In this document: piece after piece, positions 9,754-19,935 of the stretch
How positions within the stretch are numbered: the first letter of the stretch is position 1
How the letters are laid out: the number at the start of each line of letters is the position of its first letter
Source: Acidobacteriota bacterium
GTDB taxonomy: Bacteria; Acidobacteriota; Blastocatellia; Pyrinomonadales; Pyrinomonadaceae
NCBI GenBank assembly: GCA_040002755.1
Contig: JBDUDV010000004.1
Coordinates: 4,004 to 68,003 of the forward strand
Direction: 5' to 3'
Length of the DNA: 64,000 bases
The notes under the pieces: generated by a model
The model's database searches: none
The model's input: only the letters and a program-made list of their open reading frames with translations
Told to the model about the DNA's origin: nothing
Position numbers and translations under genes: made by a program

Positions 9754-10365
9754 ATGTCCTCCCGAGTACTTACCGTCCCCAACTTGCTCACCGTCTTTCG
9801 GATGGTGCTCATCCCTGTTTTTGTCAGCCTTCTTTTCTATCATCGGTTTCTTTCGGCGCTGGCTGTCTTTGTCCTGGCCGGACTGACCGACGGGCTCGAC
9901 GGACTTTTGGCGCGGCGTTTTGGCCAGCAGTCACAACTCGGCACAGTTCTCGATCCAGTTGCTGACAAACTGATGCTGGTAAGCGCGTTCATCGTCCTCT
10001 CAATGCGCAGCATCTTCCCGCAACCTTTGCCGAGCCACTTGCCGGTCCCCTTCTGGGTCACAGTTGCGGTCATCAGTCGCGACGTTTTCATCATCGTGGG
10101 CGCGGCCGCTATTAATATGACCACCGGCTTTAGAGGTTTCCGTCCTTCCTGGCTGGGCAAGCTAAACACCACCGTCCAGATTGTGGGAATCGCCGCCATA
10201 ATGTTTGCCGCAAGTGTTCCTCATTACCATGGCTACTATCTTCCCACGGTCTATGCCGCCGTGTTTATACTGGCCATTCTCTCCGGCCTCCACTACATCT
10301 TTTTCGCCTCGAAACTCATGAACGAAGACCGGAAACCGTCGCCAGCACCCGAACAGCACTCATAA
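9754..10365 (+). CDS. pgsA: CDP-diacylglycerol--glycerol-3-phosphate 3-phosphatidyltransferase (CDP-alcohol phosphatidyltransferase family)
   Basis: Family motif 'GLTDGLDGLLARRFGQQSQLGTVLDPVADKL'. Small polytopic membrane protein. Confidence 0.85.
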   Translation: MSSRVLTVPNLLTVFRMVLIPVFVSLLFYHRFLSALAVFVLAGLTDGLDGLLARRFGQQSQLGTVLDPVADKLMLVSAFIVLSMRSIFPQPLPSHLPVPFWVTVAVISRDVFIIVGAAAINMTTGFRGFRPSWLGKLNTTVQIVGIAAIMFAASVPHYHGYYLPTVYAAVFILAILSGLHYIFFASKLMNEDRKPSPAPEQHS

Positions 10366-10425
10366 ACCTCCATGTTTTGCTTCAAGAGAAGCTGCCGGGG
10401 ACCTATTGGCCAAAGTTGACACTGA

Positions 10426-10454
10426 TGGGCTCACATATTATAGTAAGCGACCCT
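10426..10454 (+). promoter_or_regulatory. Consensus-like sigma-70 promoter of the dnaK operon (TTGACA-17-TATAGT)
   Basis: TTGACA at 10426-10431, a 17-nt spacer, then TATAGT at 10449-10454. This lies about 130 nt upstream of the dnaK ATG. Confidence 0.6.
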
Positions 10455-10456
10455 TC

Positions 10457-10489
10457 AACTAGAGTTATTGAGAGGTCGCGGCGGCAAGC
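10457..10489. promoter_or_regulatory. 33-nt imperfect palindrome over the predicted transcription start (GCGACC-N2-TCAA ... TTGA-N2-GGTCGC); candidate HspR operator
   Basis: The sequence 'gcgacccttcaactagagttattgagaggtcgc' has 11 of 16 symmetric positions paired. It starts 3 nt after the -10 box. A MerR/HspR-type repressor gene ends the same operon. Confidence 0.4.
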
Positions 10490-10581
10490 TGCAGCAAGGT
10501 AGCGCGAACCGTCGAGTGTGCCGCACTACTCATGGAGAAGCGGGATAGTGAGCTAAATATCGTTTTGGAGAACAAAAACAA

Positions 10582-12504
10582 ATGAGCAAGATTATCGGAA
10601 TCGACTTGGGAACGACCAATTCCGTGGTGGCAGTCATGGAAGGCGGCGAACCTACGGTCATAACAAACTCAGAAGGCGGTCGCACCACCCCATCGGTGGT
10701 CGCGTTTACCAAAGATGGTAGCCGGTTGGTTGGTCAGGTGGCGAAGCGCCAGGCAGTCACCAATCCAGAAAACACGGTCTATTCAATCAAGAGATTCATG
10801 GGACGGCGCTTCGATGAAGTCACCGAAGAGACAAAGCAAGTGCCTTACAAGGTGAAATCTGCCGGCACCGGCGATGTGCGTATCGAAGCCGGCGGCAAGG
10901 AATGGAGCCCGCCGGAGATTTCGGCAATCATCCTGCAGAAGATGAAGCAGTCGGCTGAAGACTACCTCGGGCAAAAGGTGGACAAGGCAGTGATTACCGT
11001 CCCGGCTTACTTCAACGATGCGCAACGCCAGGCGACCAAAGATGCCGGCAAGATCGCCGGTCTCGAAGTGATGCGCATCGTCAATGAACCCACCGCAGCG
11101 GCGCTTGCTTACGGACTCGACAAGAAGAAGGACGAGACGATTGCAGTGTTCGACTTCGGCGGTGGCACATTTGACATTTCAATCCTTGAAGTGGGCGAAG
11201 GCGTCGTGGAAGTGAAGTCGACCAACGGCGACACGCACCTTGGCGGCGACGATATTGATGAACGCCTGACCGAGTGGATCATCGAAGAGTTCAAGAAAGA
11301 TCAGGGCATCGATCTTTCGAACGACAAGATGGCCCTGCAGCGTTTGAAGGAAGCTTCGGAGAAAGCAAAGATCGAACTCTCCAGCACCATGGAGACCGAA
11401 ATCAATTTGCCGTTTGTCACGGCGGATCAGTCTGGTCCAAAACATCTGGCGATGAAACTCACGCGCGCGAAGTTTGAACAGCTGGCTGAGCCAATCCTGG
11501 GCCGTTTGAAAGCGCCGGTGGAACAGGCGATCAAGGACGCCGGGCTTGGCGCCACCAAGATCGACGAGGTTGTTTTGGTAGGCGGCTCGACGCGCATCCC
11601 TAAAGTTCAGGAGATCGTGAAGGGCCTGTTTGGCGGCAAGGAACCGAACAAGAGCGTTAACCCTGATGAAGTGGTAGCGATCGGCGCGGCGGTTCAGGCG
11701 GGCGTGCTTTCCGGCGAGAAGACCGACATCCTGCTGCTGGATGTGACACCGCTTAGCCTCGGCATCGAGACGCTTGGTGGCGTGTTCACCAAACTGATCG
11801 AACGCAACACAACAATTCCAACCCGCAAGTCGGAAATATTTTCAACGGCTTCGGACAATCAAACGTCCGTCGAAGTTCACGTGCTGCAGGGCGAACGGCA
11901 AATGGCCAGCGACAATCGCACGCTCGGCAAGTTTCACTTGATCGGCATCCCGCCGGCGCCGCGCGGTATGCCGCAGGTGGAGGTGGCTTTTGACATCGAC
12001 GCCAACGGCATCGTGAACGTTTCAGCCAAGGACATGGGCACGGGTCGCGAACAGAAGATCACCATCACTTCGTCTTCCGGTCTCTCGAAAGAGGAGATCG
12101 ACAAGATGATGCGCGATGCTGAGTCACATGCGGCTGACGACGTCAAGAAGCGCGAGGAAATTGAAGCGCGCAATAAGCTTGACACGCTCGTCTACCAGAT
12201 GGAGAAAACGCTCAACGAGAATCGCGAAAAGGTTGGGGCCACTGCCGGCGATGTTGAGACAGCCATTGCGGAAGCCAAAAAGGCGTTGGCTGAAGGTGAC
12301 GTTGAAAAGCTGAACGAAGCTTACAACCAACTGCAGACTGCCTCGCATAAGATGGCGGAAGCGCTTTATCAACAAACCAGCGCGACCGGAACCGAAACGC
12401 CCGCTGAGGATCAAGCTTCAGCAGCAGGAGCATCGTCTGCGGGGGGCCCAGGCGAAGACAATGTAATCGACGCTGAATACGTTGACGTGGACGAGAACAA
12501 GTGA
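10582..12504 (+). CDS. dnaK: Molecular chaperone DnaK (Hsp70)
   Basis: Unmistakable Hsp70 sequence: '[15 protein letters not shown]', 'DLGGGTFD', '[13 protein letters not shown]'. Confidence 0.99.
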   Translation: MSKIIGIDLGTTNSVVAVMEGGEPTVITNSEGGRTTPSVVAFTKDGSRLVGQVAKRQAVTNPENTVYSIKRFMGRRFDEVTEETKQVPYKVKSAGTGDVRIEAGGKEWSPPEISAIILQKMKQSAEDYLGQKVDKAVITVPAYFNDAQRQATKDAGKIAGLEVMRIVNEPTAAALAYGLDKKKDETIAVFDFGGGTFDISILEVGEGVVEVKSTNGDTHLGGDDIDERLTEWIIEEFKKDQGIDLSNDKMALQRLKEASEKAKIELSSTMETEINLPFVTADQSGPKHLAMKLTRAKFEQLAEPILGRLKAPVEQAIKDAGLGATKIDEVVLVGGSTRIPKVQEIVKGLFGGKEPNKSVNPDEVVAIGAAVQAGVLSGEKTDILLLDVTPLSLGIETLGGVFTKLIERNTTIPTRKSEIFSTASDNQTSVEVHVLQGERQMASDNRTLGKFHLIGIPPAPRGMPQVEVAFDIDANGIVNVSAKDMGTGREQKITITSSSGLSKEEIDKMMRDAESHAADDVKKREEIEARNKLDTLVYQMEKTLNENREKVGATAGDVETAIAEAKKALAEGDVEKLNEAYNQLQTASHKMAEALYQQTSATGTETPAEDQASAAGASSAGGPGEDNVIDAEYVDVDENK

Positions 12505-12577
12505 AAGTAAACAGTGAACGGTGAGCAGTGAGCGGTTTAGGGCGGATGACCTCGACTGCTAACTGCTCACTTATTTT
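12501..12577 (+). terminator. Heptad-word hairpin plus T-rich tail between dnaK and dnaJ (probable partial terminator/attenuator)
   Basis: Tandem 7-mers 'tgaacgg tgagcag tgagcgg' are present. The stem gtgagcagtgagc (12521-12533) pairs 12/13 with gctaactgctcac (12558-12570). It is followed by 'ttattttcc'. Confidence 0.5.
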
Positions 12578-12583
12578 CCAGCA

Positions 12584-13756
12584 ATGGCGAAACAAGACTA
12601 CTACGAAGTTCTGGGTATCAAGCGAGACGCGAAGCCTGAGGAGATCAAAAAGGCTTACCGCCGACTCGCGCGCAAGCATCACCCTGACGTCAATCCCGGC
12701 GACAAAGCATCCGAGGAGCGTTTCAAGCAAACTACGGAAGCGCACGATGTGCTTTCCGATCCAAAGAAACGCAAAGTTTACGATCAGTTTGGGCAGTATT
12801 CCGACAACTTAGCGGACGCGGCTGCACGCGGCGCGACGCCAGGCGGCGGCGCGGGACGAACCTCGCCGGGCTTCGATTTCAGTGGCTTTGACTGGAACAC
12901 CACGACGGCACCGGGTGGCGGTGCTGGCAGCGGCTCGAGTTTCCGCGACATCTTTGCGGATCTTTTTGGCGGCAGCGCAGCGAAGGAACCAGAGCCGCCG
13001 CGAGCACAGCCAAAACGCGGCGCGGACATCGAGATGCCGCTCGCGCTCTCGTTTGAAGAAGCGATCAGAGGCATCACCACTAATCTGACCGTGAGCCGTT
13101 CCGAGCAGTGTTCGCGTTGCAACGGCGCGGGAGACATCGGCGGACCAGTAATGGTTTGCCAAACCTGCAAGGGCTCAGGCCAGGTGCAACGCGCTGGCGG
13201 TCGTTTACGTTTCGCGCAGGAATGTCCGGACTGTGGTGGCACAGGCCGCAGACGATCACCATGCTCGTTGTGTAAAGGCAAAGGCACGCTGCCGAAGACA
13301 GAAACTGTAAAAGTGCGGATTCCCGCCGGAGTAGAAACTGGTTCGCGCGTGCGCATCCCGGGTAAGGGTGAAGGTGGACGACTCGGCGCACCGCCGGGCG
13401 ACTTGCACATCATTACAAATGTCGGCACGCACAAATATTTCACGCGCAAAGGCGACAACATCTACGTCACGGTGCCGATAACGGTGCCTGAAGGCGCGCT
13501 CGGTGCCAAGATTGAAGTGCCGACCGTCGAAGGCAAAGCGCAGTTGCGCATTCCGCCGGGGACGCAATCGGGTCAGAAGTTTCGTTTGCGCGGGCGCGGT
13601 GCGCCGTCGCTCCGCAAGCCTGGCGCGCACGGCGATCAATTTGTTGAAGTGCAGGTGACACTTCCGAAAGTGATCTCAGAAGAAACTAAGGAACTGCTGC
13701 GACAGTATTCAAAACTAAACGACCAGAACCCGCGAGTGGAAATGGGACTGGAATAA
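12584..13756 (+). CDS. dnaJ: Molecular chaperone DnaJ (Hsp40)
   Basis: J domain 'DYYEVLGI...[17 protein letters not shown]'. G-rich linker. Four CxxCxGxG zinc-finger repeats: 'CSRCNGAG', 'CQTCKGSG', 'CPDCGGTG', 'CSLCKGKG'. Confidence 0.98.
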   Translation: MAKQDYYEVLGIKRDAKPEEIKKAYRRLARKHHPDVNPGDKASEERFKQTTEAHDVLSDPKKRKVYDQFGQYSDNLADAAARGATPGGGAGRTSPGFDFSGFDWNTTTAPGGGAGSGSSFRDIFADLFGGSAAKEPEPPRAQPKRGADIEMPLALSFEEAIRGITTNLTVSRSEQCSRCNGAGDIGGPVMVCQTCKGSGQVQRAGGRLRFAQECPDCGGTGRRRSPCSLCKGKGTLPKTETVKVRIPAGVETGSRVRIPGKGEGGRLGAPPGDLHIITNVGTHKYFTRKGDNIYVTVPITVPEGALGAKIEVPTVEGKAQLRIPPGTQSGQKFRLRGRGAPSLRKPGAHGDQFVEVQVTLPKVISEETKELLRQYSKLNDQNPRVEMGLE

Positions 13757-13883
13757 GGAAGTGAATGGTGAAAAGTGGAAGGTGAAAAGCAGAACCGAAG
13801 CGGGCTTCGAGAGACATCTCTAAATGCCTGTTCGTGCTTTTTTCCTTTCACCTTTCACTCTTCACTATTCACTGTTCACTCTT
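13757..13883. repeat. Long heptad-word inverted repeat between dnaJ and hspR, right arm ending at the hspR ATG
   Basis: The left arm (13757-13789) reads 'gaagtga atggtga aaagtgg aaggtga aaag'. The right arm (13837-13883) reads 'cctttca cctttca ctcttca ctattca ctgttca ctctt'. Both have 7-nt periodicity, and the arms are approximately reverse-complementary. Confidence 0.6.
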
Positions 13884-14285
13884 ATGAAGCGTAAACCTAA
13901 GACATACACAATCAGCGCCGTGGCGGAGCAGTACAGTCTGCATCCGCAAACGCTGCGCATGTATGAACGCGAGGGACTACTCAAGCCGTCGCGGTCTGAA
14001 GGCAATACGCGTCTCTACACCGATCCCGACCTCGCTCGATTGGAACTGATTCTTGCGCTAACGCGTGACCTCGGCGTAAACCTCGCTGGCGTCGAGATCA
14101 TTCTAAACATGCGCGAGAAGATGGATGCGATGCAGCAAGAGTTTGAACGCTTCTTCCTCTATCTCCAATCACACGCTGACGAGTTAACCAACTTTGTCGA
14201 ACCTCCGGCTGAAGGCACCTCCGACGCGCTCGTTCCGCTAACGCGCGCCGCGGCCCTCCGTCGCCGCACCGCCTCCCGTAGCTAA
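13884..14285 (+). CDS. hspR: MerR-family heat-shock transcriptional repressor (HspR-like)
   Basis: The MerR HTH 'YTISAVAEQYSLHPQTLRMYEREGLLKPSRSEGNTRLYTDPDLARLELILALTRDLGVNLAGVEIILNM' is typical of HspR. It is the last gene of the dnaK operon. ATG at 13884 is preferred over the upstream ORF-track start, which lies inside the repeat. Confidence 0.85.
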   Translation: MKRKPKTYTISAVAEQYSLHPQTLRMYEREGLLKPSRSEGNTRLYTDPDLARLELILALTRDLGVNLAGVEIILNMREKMDAMQQEFERFFLYLQSHADELTNFVEPPAEGTSDALVPLTRAAALRRRTASRS

Positions 14286-14462
14286 GCAAGCGTTCTTGTA
14301 TCCGACCCAAAACCTGTTTCTCCCGCGTCGTGCTGGCAAATGTCGCGCCCTGCGATAAACTGTCCGCCACTCGAAACCACCGCTTCTAGTTGTCCAACCG
14401 CTTACGTTCGGCGAAGGATTTCAAACCCTAACCCTCTTCGCCAACATCGGCAGCAAAATACG

Positions 14463-17400
14463 ATGACCAGACTTGCCTCCGTGCGTCTTATTGTCTCGGC
14501 CCTTCTTTCGGCGTTGCTTCTCGTTACCACAATAATTGCCGAACCTAACGTGGTTGCGCAGGATCTTGATAATGTCACGCTCATCGGACGCGTGCTGGAT
14601 CAGAACGGCGCCGTTATTCCCGGAGCCACAATCGAGGCCATCTTGGTGACGACGGGCGCGACGCGCACGACAGCTACCGATGACCAGGGACGCTACCGCA
14701 TCATTCAGCTCGAGCCCGGCGTCTACAACTTGCGTGCGTCATTCGCCGGCTTTACGCCCGCGGAGAAAAAGGAACTGACATTCATTGCCGGCAAAAACGT
14801 GCAGCTCGACCTCACGCTCGTTCCGGAAGGTGTCAAAGTCGACCCTGTTACCATCACTGCCGATGACGCGCCCGCAGTTGATACTACGCGAACCGTCGTT
14901 GGTGGCACGGTCACTATGCAGGAAGTCGAATCGTTGCCATTGAACTCGCGATCACCGCTGGATCTGATTTTCACCTTGCCAGGCGTTTCCGAAGAAGCTC
15001 TCTCCACGCGCGACCTGGCTGAAGATCGCAACTCGTCGGCTTCCAACACTCCGGAAGAGTCCGGGACGTTTTCGCTCTCAGGCGGTACGGCTTATTCAAA
15101 CAACATTACGATCGACGGTCTCGACAACAACGACGACCGCGCGGCCCGCGAACGTTTTCAACCCTCGCTTGAAGCCGTCGTGGAAGTTCAGATCATTACC
15201 AACCAGTTTTCCGCGGAGTATGGTCGCGCTTCGGGCGGACGAATCAACATTCGTACGCGCGGCGGCTCGAGTAAGTATCGAGGACGGGCGTTCTACTTTT
15301 TCCGCGACGACTTTCTCAACGCGAACACTTCCAATAACCAGGCCAGAGGTTTGCAACGCTTGCCACTTACGGAACATAATCCGGGCTTCACATTTAGCGG
15401 GCCACTGCGCGTGCCGCATATCTATGACGGCCGCAAGAAAACGTTTTTCTTTACCGCTTACGAATACGACACGACTCTTGACTCGACAACGGTAGACACG
15501 CTGGTGCCCATCCAGCAGAATCCGCGCTTCCACATCCCGGGTCCGACCGTGACTGACCCGGCGCTAATTGGTCCGCTACGAGTCGCCGCAGGCATCGCGC
15601 CGTATTTTGCTGGACTCTCGACTCCGGTAAAGAATCACATTCTGACGACGCGCATCGACCACAAGTTCTCTGATTTGCACAATGCTTCTGTGCTTTATCA
15701 ATTAGGACGGCAAAACAATCTGCGCCAGTTTGCCGGCGGCAATCGTTTCGCCGAGGCGTTGCTCGGCAAGAGAAGAAATACTGATGCCATCTCCTATACG
15801 GACAACTTTGTAATCTCACCCAACCTCGTCAATCAAACTCGGGTGCAGTTTTCCCGCCTGACTCCAGGGGTAGCAGCCAGCGGCGGCCGCAGACCTGTAG
15901 TGCTGATCACTCTCGACGACCCCTTGCCTTCCAGCGATCCTGATCAACGTTCCGGCACGTTGGTGGCCGGCTCGTCAACGTCGGGCGCTTCGGATCGGCG
16001 CGAGTCTCGCGCGCAGGTACAAGAGATCCTTTCCTGGGTGCACGGCGCCCACTCACCAAAACTCGGAGCTGACGCACAGTACATTAGCTCGACCTTCATT
16101 GATCTTTCCGATATCTCGGGCACCTACAGCTTTTCTAACGCCCGCGACTTCATCGCGAATACGCCAAGCCGCTTCCGGCAAAACTTTCATGGAGAATCAA
16201 CCCAGCACAATGCTTACATGGGTTTCTTCATACAGGACGACTGGCGACTGCGTTCCAATTTAGTCTTGAATTACGGTCTTCGTTATGACAACGAGACGAT
16301 CATCAATGATAAGAACAACTGGGGGCCGCGCATTTCTGCTGCTTACGATCCATTCAAGAACGGGAAGACTGTCGTCAGAGTTGGGTCTGGAATTTTTTAC
16401 AACCGCGCCCTGCTTCGCACTATTGACGATTTCACGCTCGGCGCACAGCAGCGCTTCTTCGATACCAACAATCTGATCGATCCGACCACTGGACACTTGG
16501 GCAGCGCCGATTACCGCCGCGCTTTCATTGCTGCAAACCTCGATTTTCCCGGGACACTTACAGTTGACTCGCCAATCGTCAAAAAATTTGGGGTGCTTAA
16601 CACTGGATTTTCTCGACGGCTCGATCCCGACCTGAGCATTCCTGAAAGCTATCAGGCCAACGTCGGTTTCGAACGAGACCTGGGAAACGGTTTTCTTTTC
16701 GAAACAAACTATACGTTTAATCGCGGCATACATCTGTGGCGCGAATTCAACGCCAACGCGCCGCGTCTGCCGGCTGGCTTCAAGAGCTTTTCCGAGTATC
16801 TCGGCTCGCGTGATTTTGTAAACTTCCGCAGCAACCCGTTTGGTATTCGTCCGCTCTATAATGTATCTGCCGCCGGTGATCTTGTCAGGTTCGTCTTTGG
16901 CCCTCCTGATCCTGCAAATCCAAATGCAGTTGCGCGCATCATTGAACGGGGCGTGCCTGTCTCTGTGATCAATCTAAATAGCTTCACTTCTTCGACGTCG
17001 GTTGAAGTGGCGCAGGCGGCCTTGAACCGTTTCCGGCCTGACCCAACTCACGCTGATATTCAGCAACTAATCGCGGCCGGTAACAGCTTCTACCACGGCA
17101 TCACGTTCGAAATTCGCCAGCGGTTAAAACGCGCGAAAGACTTCGCTTTCTCGTTCCGCTCGGCCTACACCTATTCGCACACGACTGACGATGGCATTGT
17201 GAACACTTCCGATGCATTGATCCCGGGGGATTTTTTCTCCGAACGCGCGCGTAGCCTGTTGGATCGCAAGCATCGCTTTGTTTTTTCCGGCACCCTGGAT
17301 ACGCCAAACTATCTAGGCAAATTGCGCTTGTCGCCAATCTTCAGACTCACCTCCGGCGCTCCTTTCAATATTTCCATCGGCGGCGCGGACCGCAATCTTG

Positions 17401-17813
17401 ACGACGTCGGAAACGATCGGCCAAATTTCACCGGCGACACCGGGTTGCTTCACTGGCGCGGCCCCGGCGATCCAATTGATCCTGCAATCCTGAACCTATT
17501 TACGCTGCCCACGATCGGCCAAACTGGAAACCTGCCGCGCAACGCCGGCCAGGGACCGGGACAGTTTTTCTTCGATCTAAACGTCACGCGCGAATTCCGT
17601 TTGAGTGAGACCATGAAGCTGCGGCCGGTGGTGGAATTTGATAACGTGCTCAACAAAACCGTCTTCAGCTTCGGCAGCGAATTCATTAACTTTAACTCCT
17701 TCGCTCCTACGGCGACGCCGGCACAGCGTCAGGCATTCCTCGACTCCTTTCTCGTTACCACGCGCACCATGCGACCGCGACAGGTTCGGCTGGGTATTCG
17801 CTTCGACTTTTAG
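14463..17813 (+). CDS. TonB-dependent-receptor-like outer-membrane protein with N-terminal CarboxypepD_reg domain (Acidobacterial type)
   Basis: Signal peptide 'MTRLASVRLIVSALLSALLLVTTIIAEPNVVAQ'. 'GRVLDQNGAVIPGATIEA...TDDQGRYRI..L.PGVY' is the carboxypeptidase-regulatory fold. Plug-like segment 'LPLNSRSPLDLIFTLPGV'. Long beta-barrel ending in 'RLGIRFDF', with a terminal aromatic residue. Confidence 0.85.
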   Translation: MTRLASVRLIVSALLSALLLVTTIIAEPNVVAQDLDNVTLIGRVLDQNGAVIPGATIEAILVTTGATRTTATDDQGRYRIIQLEPGVYNLRASFAGFTPAEKKELTFIAGKNVQLDLTLVPEGVKVDPVTITADDAPAVDTTRTVVGGTVTMQEVESLPLNSRSPLDLIFTLPGVSEEALSTRDLAEDRNSSASNTPEESGTFSLSGGTAYSNNITIDGLDNNDDRAARERFQPSLEAVVEVQIITNQFSAEYGRASGGRINIRTRGGSSKYRGRAFYFFRDDFLNANTSNNQARGLQRLPLTEHNPGFTFSGPLRVPHIYDGRKKTFFFTAYEYDTTLDSTTVDTLVPIQQNPRFHIPGPTVTDPALIGPLRVAAGIAPYFAGLSTPVKNHILTTRIDHKFSDLHNASVLYQLGRQNNLRQFAGGNRFAEALLGKRRNTDAISYTDNFVISPNLVNQTRVQFSRLTPGVAASGGRRPVVLITLDDPLPSSDPDQRSGTLVAGSSTSGASDRRESRAQVQEILSWVHGAHSPKLGADAQYISSTFIDLSDISGTYSFSNARDFIANTPSRFRQNFHGESTQHNAYMGFFIQDDWRLRSNLVLNYGLRYDNETIINDKNNWGPRISAAYDPFKNGKTVVRVGSGIFYNRALLRTIDDFTLGAQQRFFDTNNLIDPTTGHLGSADYRRAFIAANLDFPGTLTVDSPIVKKFGVLNTGFSRRLDPDLSIPESYQANVGFERDLGNGFLFETNYTFNRGIHLWREFNANAPRLPAGFKSFSEYLGSRDFVNFRSNPFGIRPLYNVSAAGDLVRFVFGPPDPANPNAVARIIERGVPVSVINLNSFTSSTSVEVAQAALNRFRPDPTHADIQQLIAAGNSFYHGITFEIRQRLKRAKDFAFSFRSAYTYSHTTDDGIVNTSDALIPGDFFSERARSLLDRKHRFVFSGTLDTPNYLGKLRLSPIFRLTSGAPFNISIGGADRNLDDVGNDRPNFTGDTGLLHWRGPGDPIDPAILNLFTLPTIGQTGNLPRNAGQGPGQFFFDLNVTREFRLSETMKLRPVVEFDNVLNKTVFSFGSEFINFNSFAPTATPAQRQAFLDSFLVTTRTMRPRQVRLGIRFDF

Positions 17814-17888
17814 CAAACCTCCCCGGCGTCGCGCCGCGGCCCACCAGCGGTACGACATTCAGTGTCTCTGTGGTAAATTTCGAAGCTG

Positions 17889-18602
17889 ATGCCCAACCCT
17901 TCATCACAATCTGAGCACGTCAGCGAGATCGATACTGCGCTGCTCGACGTCGAACTCTTTCTCAAATACCAGGCGCACGACCGAGCCATCAAACGATTGC
18001 GAGAAGCGATCGAAGGACATCCCCGCTCAATTCCGCTGCGCGAACGCATGCGCGAAATCTGTATCGTGCAGAAGCAAGGTGACGAAGCGGCGCGACAGTG
18101 TTTGGCGTTGGCGAAGATTTACATCGAACGTGAAGAGTTTGACGATGCCTACGATCGACTGTTGGAAGCTAAGCAGCTCGATACGCGCATCAACATCGCC
18201 GGTGGCTTGGAAGCAATCCGGCGTGCGCGCCGTCCAGACTTGCGGCCTGAAGCGGCTCCGATTCAAGCTTCTGGAGACCCGCTCGTCACGCTGGCCGGCG
18301 ACCTGACGGCGATCAGCGTCTTTGATGCGATCCAGGTAATCGAAAACGCCAGGCTCACCGGCACACTTCTGCTAACAAACGATACTCAATCGGGAACCGT
18401 TCGCTTCAATGATGGCATGATTGTTGACGCCGAGGCGGCTGGCGCTACTGGCGAACCGGGATTTCGGCAAATTGCCGAGATAACCAGTGGCAGTTTTGAA
18501 TTTCAAAAATCAACTGAAGAATTTCCCACACGCATTCAGGCAGCGAGCAACACCAACCTGATGCTCGACACGCTACGACAGCTCGACGAAGCCAATCAGT
18601 GA
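17889..18602 (+). CDS. DUF4388 (PatA-N-like) domain protein with N-terminal TPR-like helical region
   Basis: The C-terminal 'LAGDLTAISVFDAIQVIENARLTGTLLLTNDTQSGTVRFNDGMIVDAEA...GEPGFRQI...GSFEF' matches my recollection of the DUF4388 signature. Confidence 0.7.
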   Translation: MPNPSSQSEHVSEIDTALLDVELFLKYQAHDRAIKRLREAIEGHPRSIPLRERMREICIVQKQGDEAARQCLALAKIYIEREEFDDAYDRLLEAKQLDTRINIAGGLEAIRRARRPDLRPEAAPIQASGDPLVTLAGDLTAISVFDAIQVIENARLTGTLLLTNDTQSGTVRFNDGMIVDAEAAGATGEPGFRQIAEITSGSFEFQKSTEEFPTRIQAASNTNLMLDTLRQLDEANQ

Positions 18603-18604
18603 GC

Positions 18605-19909
18605 TCAACCTGTTGGCAACTCGATTGTGAAGGTGCTGCCTTTGCCGAGTTCAGAGGTGACTGAAACTTCGCCGCCATGTGCACGGGCCAGGTGCTTCAC
18701 AATTGCCAACCCGAGGCCGATACCACCCATCTCGCGTGAGCGCGCGCGATCCACGCGATAAAATCTTTCAAACAGACGCTCAAGATGCTGCGCGGGAATG
18801 CCCTCGCCGGAATCTTCCACAATGATGCGGGACCGGAGACCAGAGACGGGCGACCGCGGGTTGACCGCAGCATCCGTGTGCTCTTCGTGGCTGATCTTTA
18901 CCGAGCCGTGTTCACGATTAAACTTGATCCCGTTTTCCACCAGGTTAGTCAACATCTGCTCCAGCCGGCGCGCGTCCGCGTAAACCATCGCTTCGCGAGC
19001 GACGCCGTTGCTAACGATAATTCCCTGGTCCGACGCTTTGGTTGCGAGCGACGCGATAACGTCGTTGACGATCGGGGCGAGCTCAATCAGCTCGGCTTTG
19101 ACCTGCACATTACCGGCCTCTATCTGGCTCAGTTCGAGGATGTCATCGATTAGGTCGTGCATCCGCGTCGCGTTCCGGCGAATGATTGAAAGGAAGCGCT
19201 GGCTGGCCTCTTTGTCGTCGATTGCGCCGGCTTCGAGCGTTTCGATGAACGCCAGAATCGCCGTTAGCGGTGTGCGCAATTCGTGGGAAACGTTGGAAAG
19301 AAACTCCTGCCGGACTTGCTCAAGTCGCTCGAGCCGCGTGACGTCGATGAAAACGCCTAACGCGCCCTCGGCTGGTCCTTCCGCGGGCCTGCCTTTTGAG
19401 TTAGCCAGCGGAACCACCCGAAGATCAAACACCAGCCGCTCCTGTCCGTGAGTCTCAACCTTGACGCCACTCCGTTCCGTCCCTTTGAGTGCGTCCAGGA
19501 AAGCGCCGTAGATCGCCGGATTGCGAGTGAGCTCGGTAAGTCGTTGTGCGTCAAGCCTGCCCCGGGAAAGATTAAACAAACGGTGCGCTGCGGTGTTTGA
19601 AGCCACGACCTTCATGTCCTTATCAACTACGAGCAAACCCTCGCGCATTCCGTTCATCGTCGCTTCAAACAACTTCCCCAGGGCGAAGGTGTCTGCCGGG
19701 GATCCTTCATCGATCGGATCGACACCAACGTGTGTCGCCTGAAGTTCTTCGGTTGCAGGCCTGTCTGAGAGAGTTCTGACGACTAACACCACGGCAGCCA
19801 GCCCGACGAGGCCAGCCATAACCGCGCGCACGGTAAACGAAGGCCATAACAGAGCGACTGCAATAGCAAGTGCAGCGGCAACGGCTAGCAATGCATTGCG
19901 CTTAGACAC
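18605..19909 (-). CDS. phoR: Phosphate-regulon sensor histidine kinase PhoR-like (TM, PAS, HisKA, HATPase_c)
   Basis: H-box 'FLSNVSHELRTPLTAI'. ATPase boxes 'NLVENGIKF', 'VEDSGEGIP' and 'GGIGLGLAIVKH'. It lies downstream of phoB in the pst-pho cluster. Confidence 0.85.
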   Translation of the reverse strand: MSKRNALLAVAAALAIAVALLWPSFTVRAVMAGLVGLAAVVLVVRTLSDRPATEELQATHVGVDPIDEGSPADTFALGKLFEATMNGMREGLLVVDKDMKVVASNTAAHRLFNLSRGRLDAQRLTELTRNPAIYGAFLDALKGTERSGVKVETHGQERLVFDLRVVPLANSKGRPAEGPAEGALGVFIDVTRLERLEQVRQEFLSNVSHELRTPLTAILAFIETLEAGAIDDKEASQRFLSIIRRNATRMHDLIDDILELSQIEAGNVQVKAELIELAPIVNDVIASLATKASDQGIIVSNGVAREAMVYADARRLEQMLTNLVENGIKFNREHGSVKISHEEHTDAAVNPRSPVSGLRSRIIVEDSGEGIPAQHLERLFERFYRVDRARSREMGGIGLGLAIVKHLARAHGGEVSVTSELGKGSTFTIELPTG

Positions 19910-19935
19910 GATTTGATCTTTTCACAAACTGAAAC

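Noticed and set aside
10366-10581. Canonical CIRCE or HAIR heat-shock operators upstream of dnaK.
   Set aside because: Neither TTAGCACTC-N9-GAGTGCTAA nor CTTGAGT-N7-ACTCAAG is present. Only the non-canonical 33-nt palindrome is reported.
13757-13883. CRISPR-like interpretation of the tandem short repeats here and at 23407-23485, 59562-59640 and the other heptad loci.
   Set aside because: The units are only 7 nt long and directly abutting with no spacers. They are arranged as inverted arms, and no cas genes are nearby.
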